Of a DNA stretch of 64,000 bases, positions 62,616 through 64,000 are shown in pieces (the stretch's first letter is position 1; each line of letters opens with the position of its first letter). Source of the DNA: an uncultured delta proteobacterium. GTDB taxonomy: Bacteria > Desulfobacterota > BSN033 > UBA1163. A program made the position numbers and the translations under genes. The stretch spans positions 704,001 to 768,000 of the forward strand of contig CAVPSJ010000004.1 in NCBI GenBank assembly GCA_963708295.1, written 5' to 3'. Below the pieces are notes generated by a model, which saw only the letters and a program-made list of their open reading frames with translations, made no database searches and was not told where the DNA came from.

Positions 62616-64000
62616 ATGAAACTCAAATCACTTGAAGCGATTGGATTCAAATCTTTTGTAGATCGCCTCCATCTTACCTTTCCGGGCGGGATCACGACGA
62701 TCGTGGGCCCCAATGGATGCGGGAAATCAAATTTTGTGGATGCGGTGCTCTGGGCGATCGGCGAACGGAGCGCTAAACACTTGCGGGGAAAGTTGATGGA
62801 GGACGTCATCTTTAACGGGACGGAGGGCAGGAAACCCTTGGGAATGGCTGAGGTGAATTTAACCTTTTCCAATGAGGACGGGTTGGCCCCGAAAGAATAT
62901 GAACAGTACGGTGAGATTACCGTTACACGAAGACTCTATCGATCCGGAGAAAGTGAATACCTGATTAATAAAACGCCTTGCCGATTGCGAGATATCACCG
63001 ATCTCTTTTTGGATACCGGGATCGGAGCCAACGGTTACTCGATTATCGAACAGGGGCGCGTGGAATATCTTATCAATTCCAACCCGCAGGATCGGCGGCT
63101 TTTGATCGAAGAGGCAGCGGGCATTGCCAAATACAAGGAGAGGAAAAGGCTTGCCCTGATGAAAATGGAGGCGACTCAGCAAAACCTTCTTCGGATTCAG
63201 GATATCATCGCAGAGGTAAAACGACAGATCGTCACCCTGGAACGTCAGGTGAAGCGGGCAGAGGAGTATAAGGTCGTACGGAAGGAAGTGAAGGAGATCG
63301 AAATTCGTTTTGCCCTTCAGGAATACACCGAGCTTTCAGAGAAGGCGGAGGCCGCAAGAGGTTATCTGAAAGCCCTTCGAGATCGGGAAATGGACGTTTC
63401 CAGCAAAACTTCCCAGAAGGACGCTCTCGTGGAGACCAAAAGACTGGAGGCGACAGAAGAAGAGGAAAGACTCCGGAGCCTCCAGGAAGAGCTTTTTGAA
63501 CTGGGCAAGAAGATTCAAAAAGAGGAAAACGAAATTGAATTTTTCAAGAGAGAAGAAGGAAGCCTTCAGAAGCAGGAAAATCAGTATGTGGAAGAGGTCA
63601 GGCAATCCCTTCATACTTGGAGGGGAACTCGAAGAGATCGAAAGAAAGCGGAACAGACCAGGCAGGAATCGGGGGAAGAACGCCGTGAGACCGAAGAGAT
63701 TCTGAGAGAATGGGAAAGCCTTTTCAACGATTTTAGAACAACCCACCACGAACTTGCGGAGGAACTGGAAGCTGAGAAAGCCAGTCTGATCGATACGCTC
63801 ACTCAACTCACCTCTCTCAAGAACCGCCTGGCCCATTTGGAGGAGAGAAAAGGAGATCTTCAGAAGCGGATTCGCACCAACGGCCAGGAGTCCGAAGAAG
63901 CAAGTCTAAAGCTGAAACAATTGGAAGAGGCCCTCTCTGAGAAAATAAAGGAGAAAGAATTCAACCTCTCCCTCCAGTCCATCCAGCATGAAGAGAAGGT
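62616..64000 (+). CDS. smc: Chromosome segregation protein SMC (runs off the window end)
   Basis: MKLKSLEAIGFKSF, VGPNGCGKSN, RRLYRSGESEY, EEAAGI, then coiled coil. Confidence 0.96.
   Translation, partial: MKLKSLEAIGFKSFVDRLHLTFPGGITTIVGPNGCGKSNFVDAVLWAIGERSAKHLRGKLMEDVIFNGTEGRKPLGMAEVNLTFSNEDGLAPKEYEQYGEITVTRRLYRSGESEYLINKTPCRLRDITDLFLDTGIGANGYSIIEQGRVEYLINSNPQDRRLLIEEAAGIAKYKERKRLALMKMEATQQNLLRIQDIIAEVKRQIVTLERQVKRAEEYKVVRKEVKEIEIRFALQEYTELSEKAEAARGYLKALRDREMDVSSKTSQKDALVETKRLEATEEEERLRSLQEELFELGKKIQKEENEIEFFKREEGSLQKQENQYVEEVRQSLHTWRGTRRDRKKAEQTRQESGEERRETEEILREWESLFNDFRTTHHELAEELEAEKASLIDTLTQLTSLKNRLAHLEERKGDLQKRIRTNGQESEEASLKLKQLEEALSEKIKEKEFNLSLQSIQHEEK

Overview
This is the replication-origin region of a bacterial chromosome. 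Gene order and protein sequences suggest a deltaproteobacterial (Desulfobacterota-like) organism, which is an inference. The right half is core housekeeping: mnmE-jag-yidC-yidD-rnpA-rpmH on the minus strand, then gyrA, dnaA, oriC, dnaN, gyrB, coaE, rho, rpmE, prfA-prmC, murA, a his cluster interrupted by kdsA-like and transaldolase genes, pgpA-cinA-dapA-thpR-recA-pilT-alaS-gltX and the start of smc. The left half is accessory: DegP, an M16 protease pair, a ferritin-like protein, cydAB, a BirA-controlled bioY ECF operon, a sigma54 micro-operon and an AT-richer islet with toxin-antitoxin modules and RNase HIII. Features missed by the ORF track include a 53-aa membrane protein with an in-frame TGA plus downstream hairpin (candidate selenoprotein), and a HicA toxin with an in-frame TAG behind a MerR-HicB fusion. 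Also missed are two copies of a structured ~240-bp MITE (16-bp TIRs, 8-bp target duplications), a perfect parS overlapping a probable start codon, and many nested intergenic palindromes. Frameshifts in rho, prfA, prmC, pgpA and the M16 genes look like sequencing indels. No rRNA, tRNA or CRISPR array was seen.
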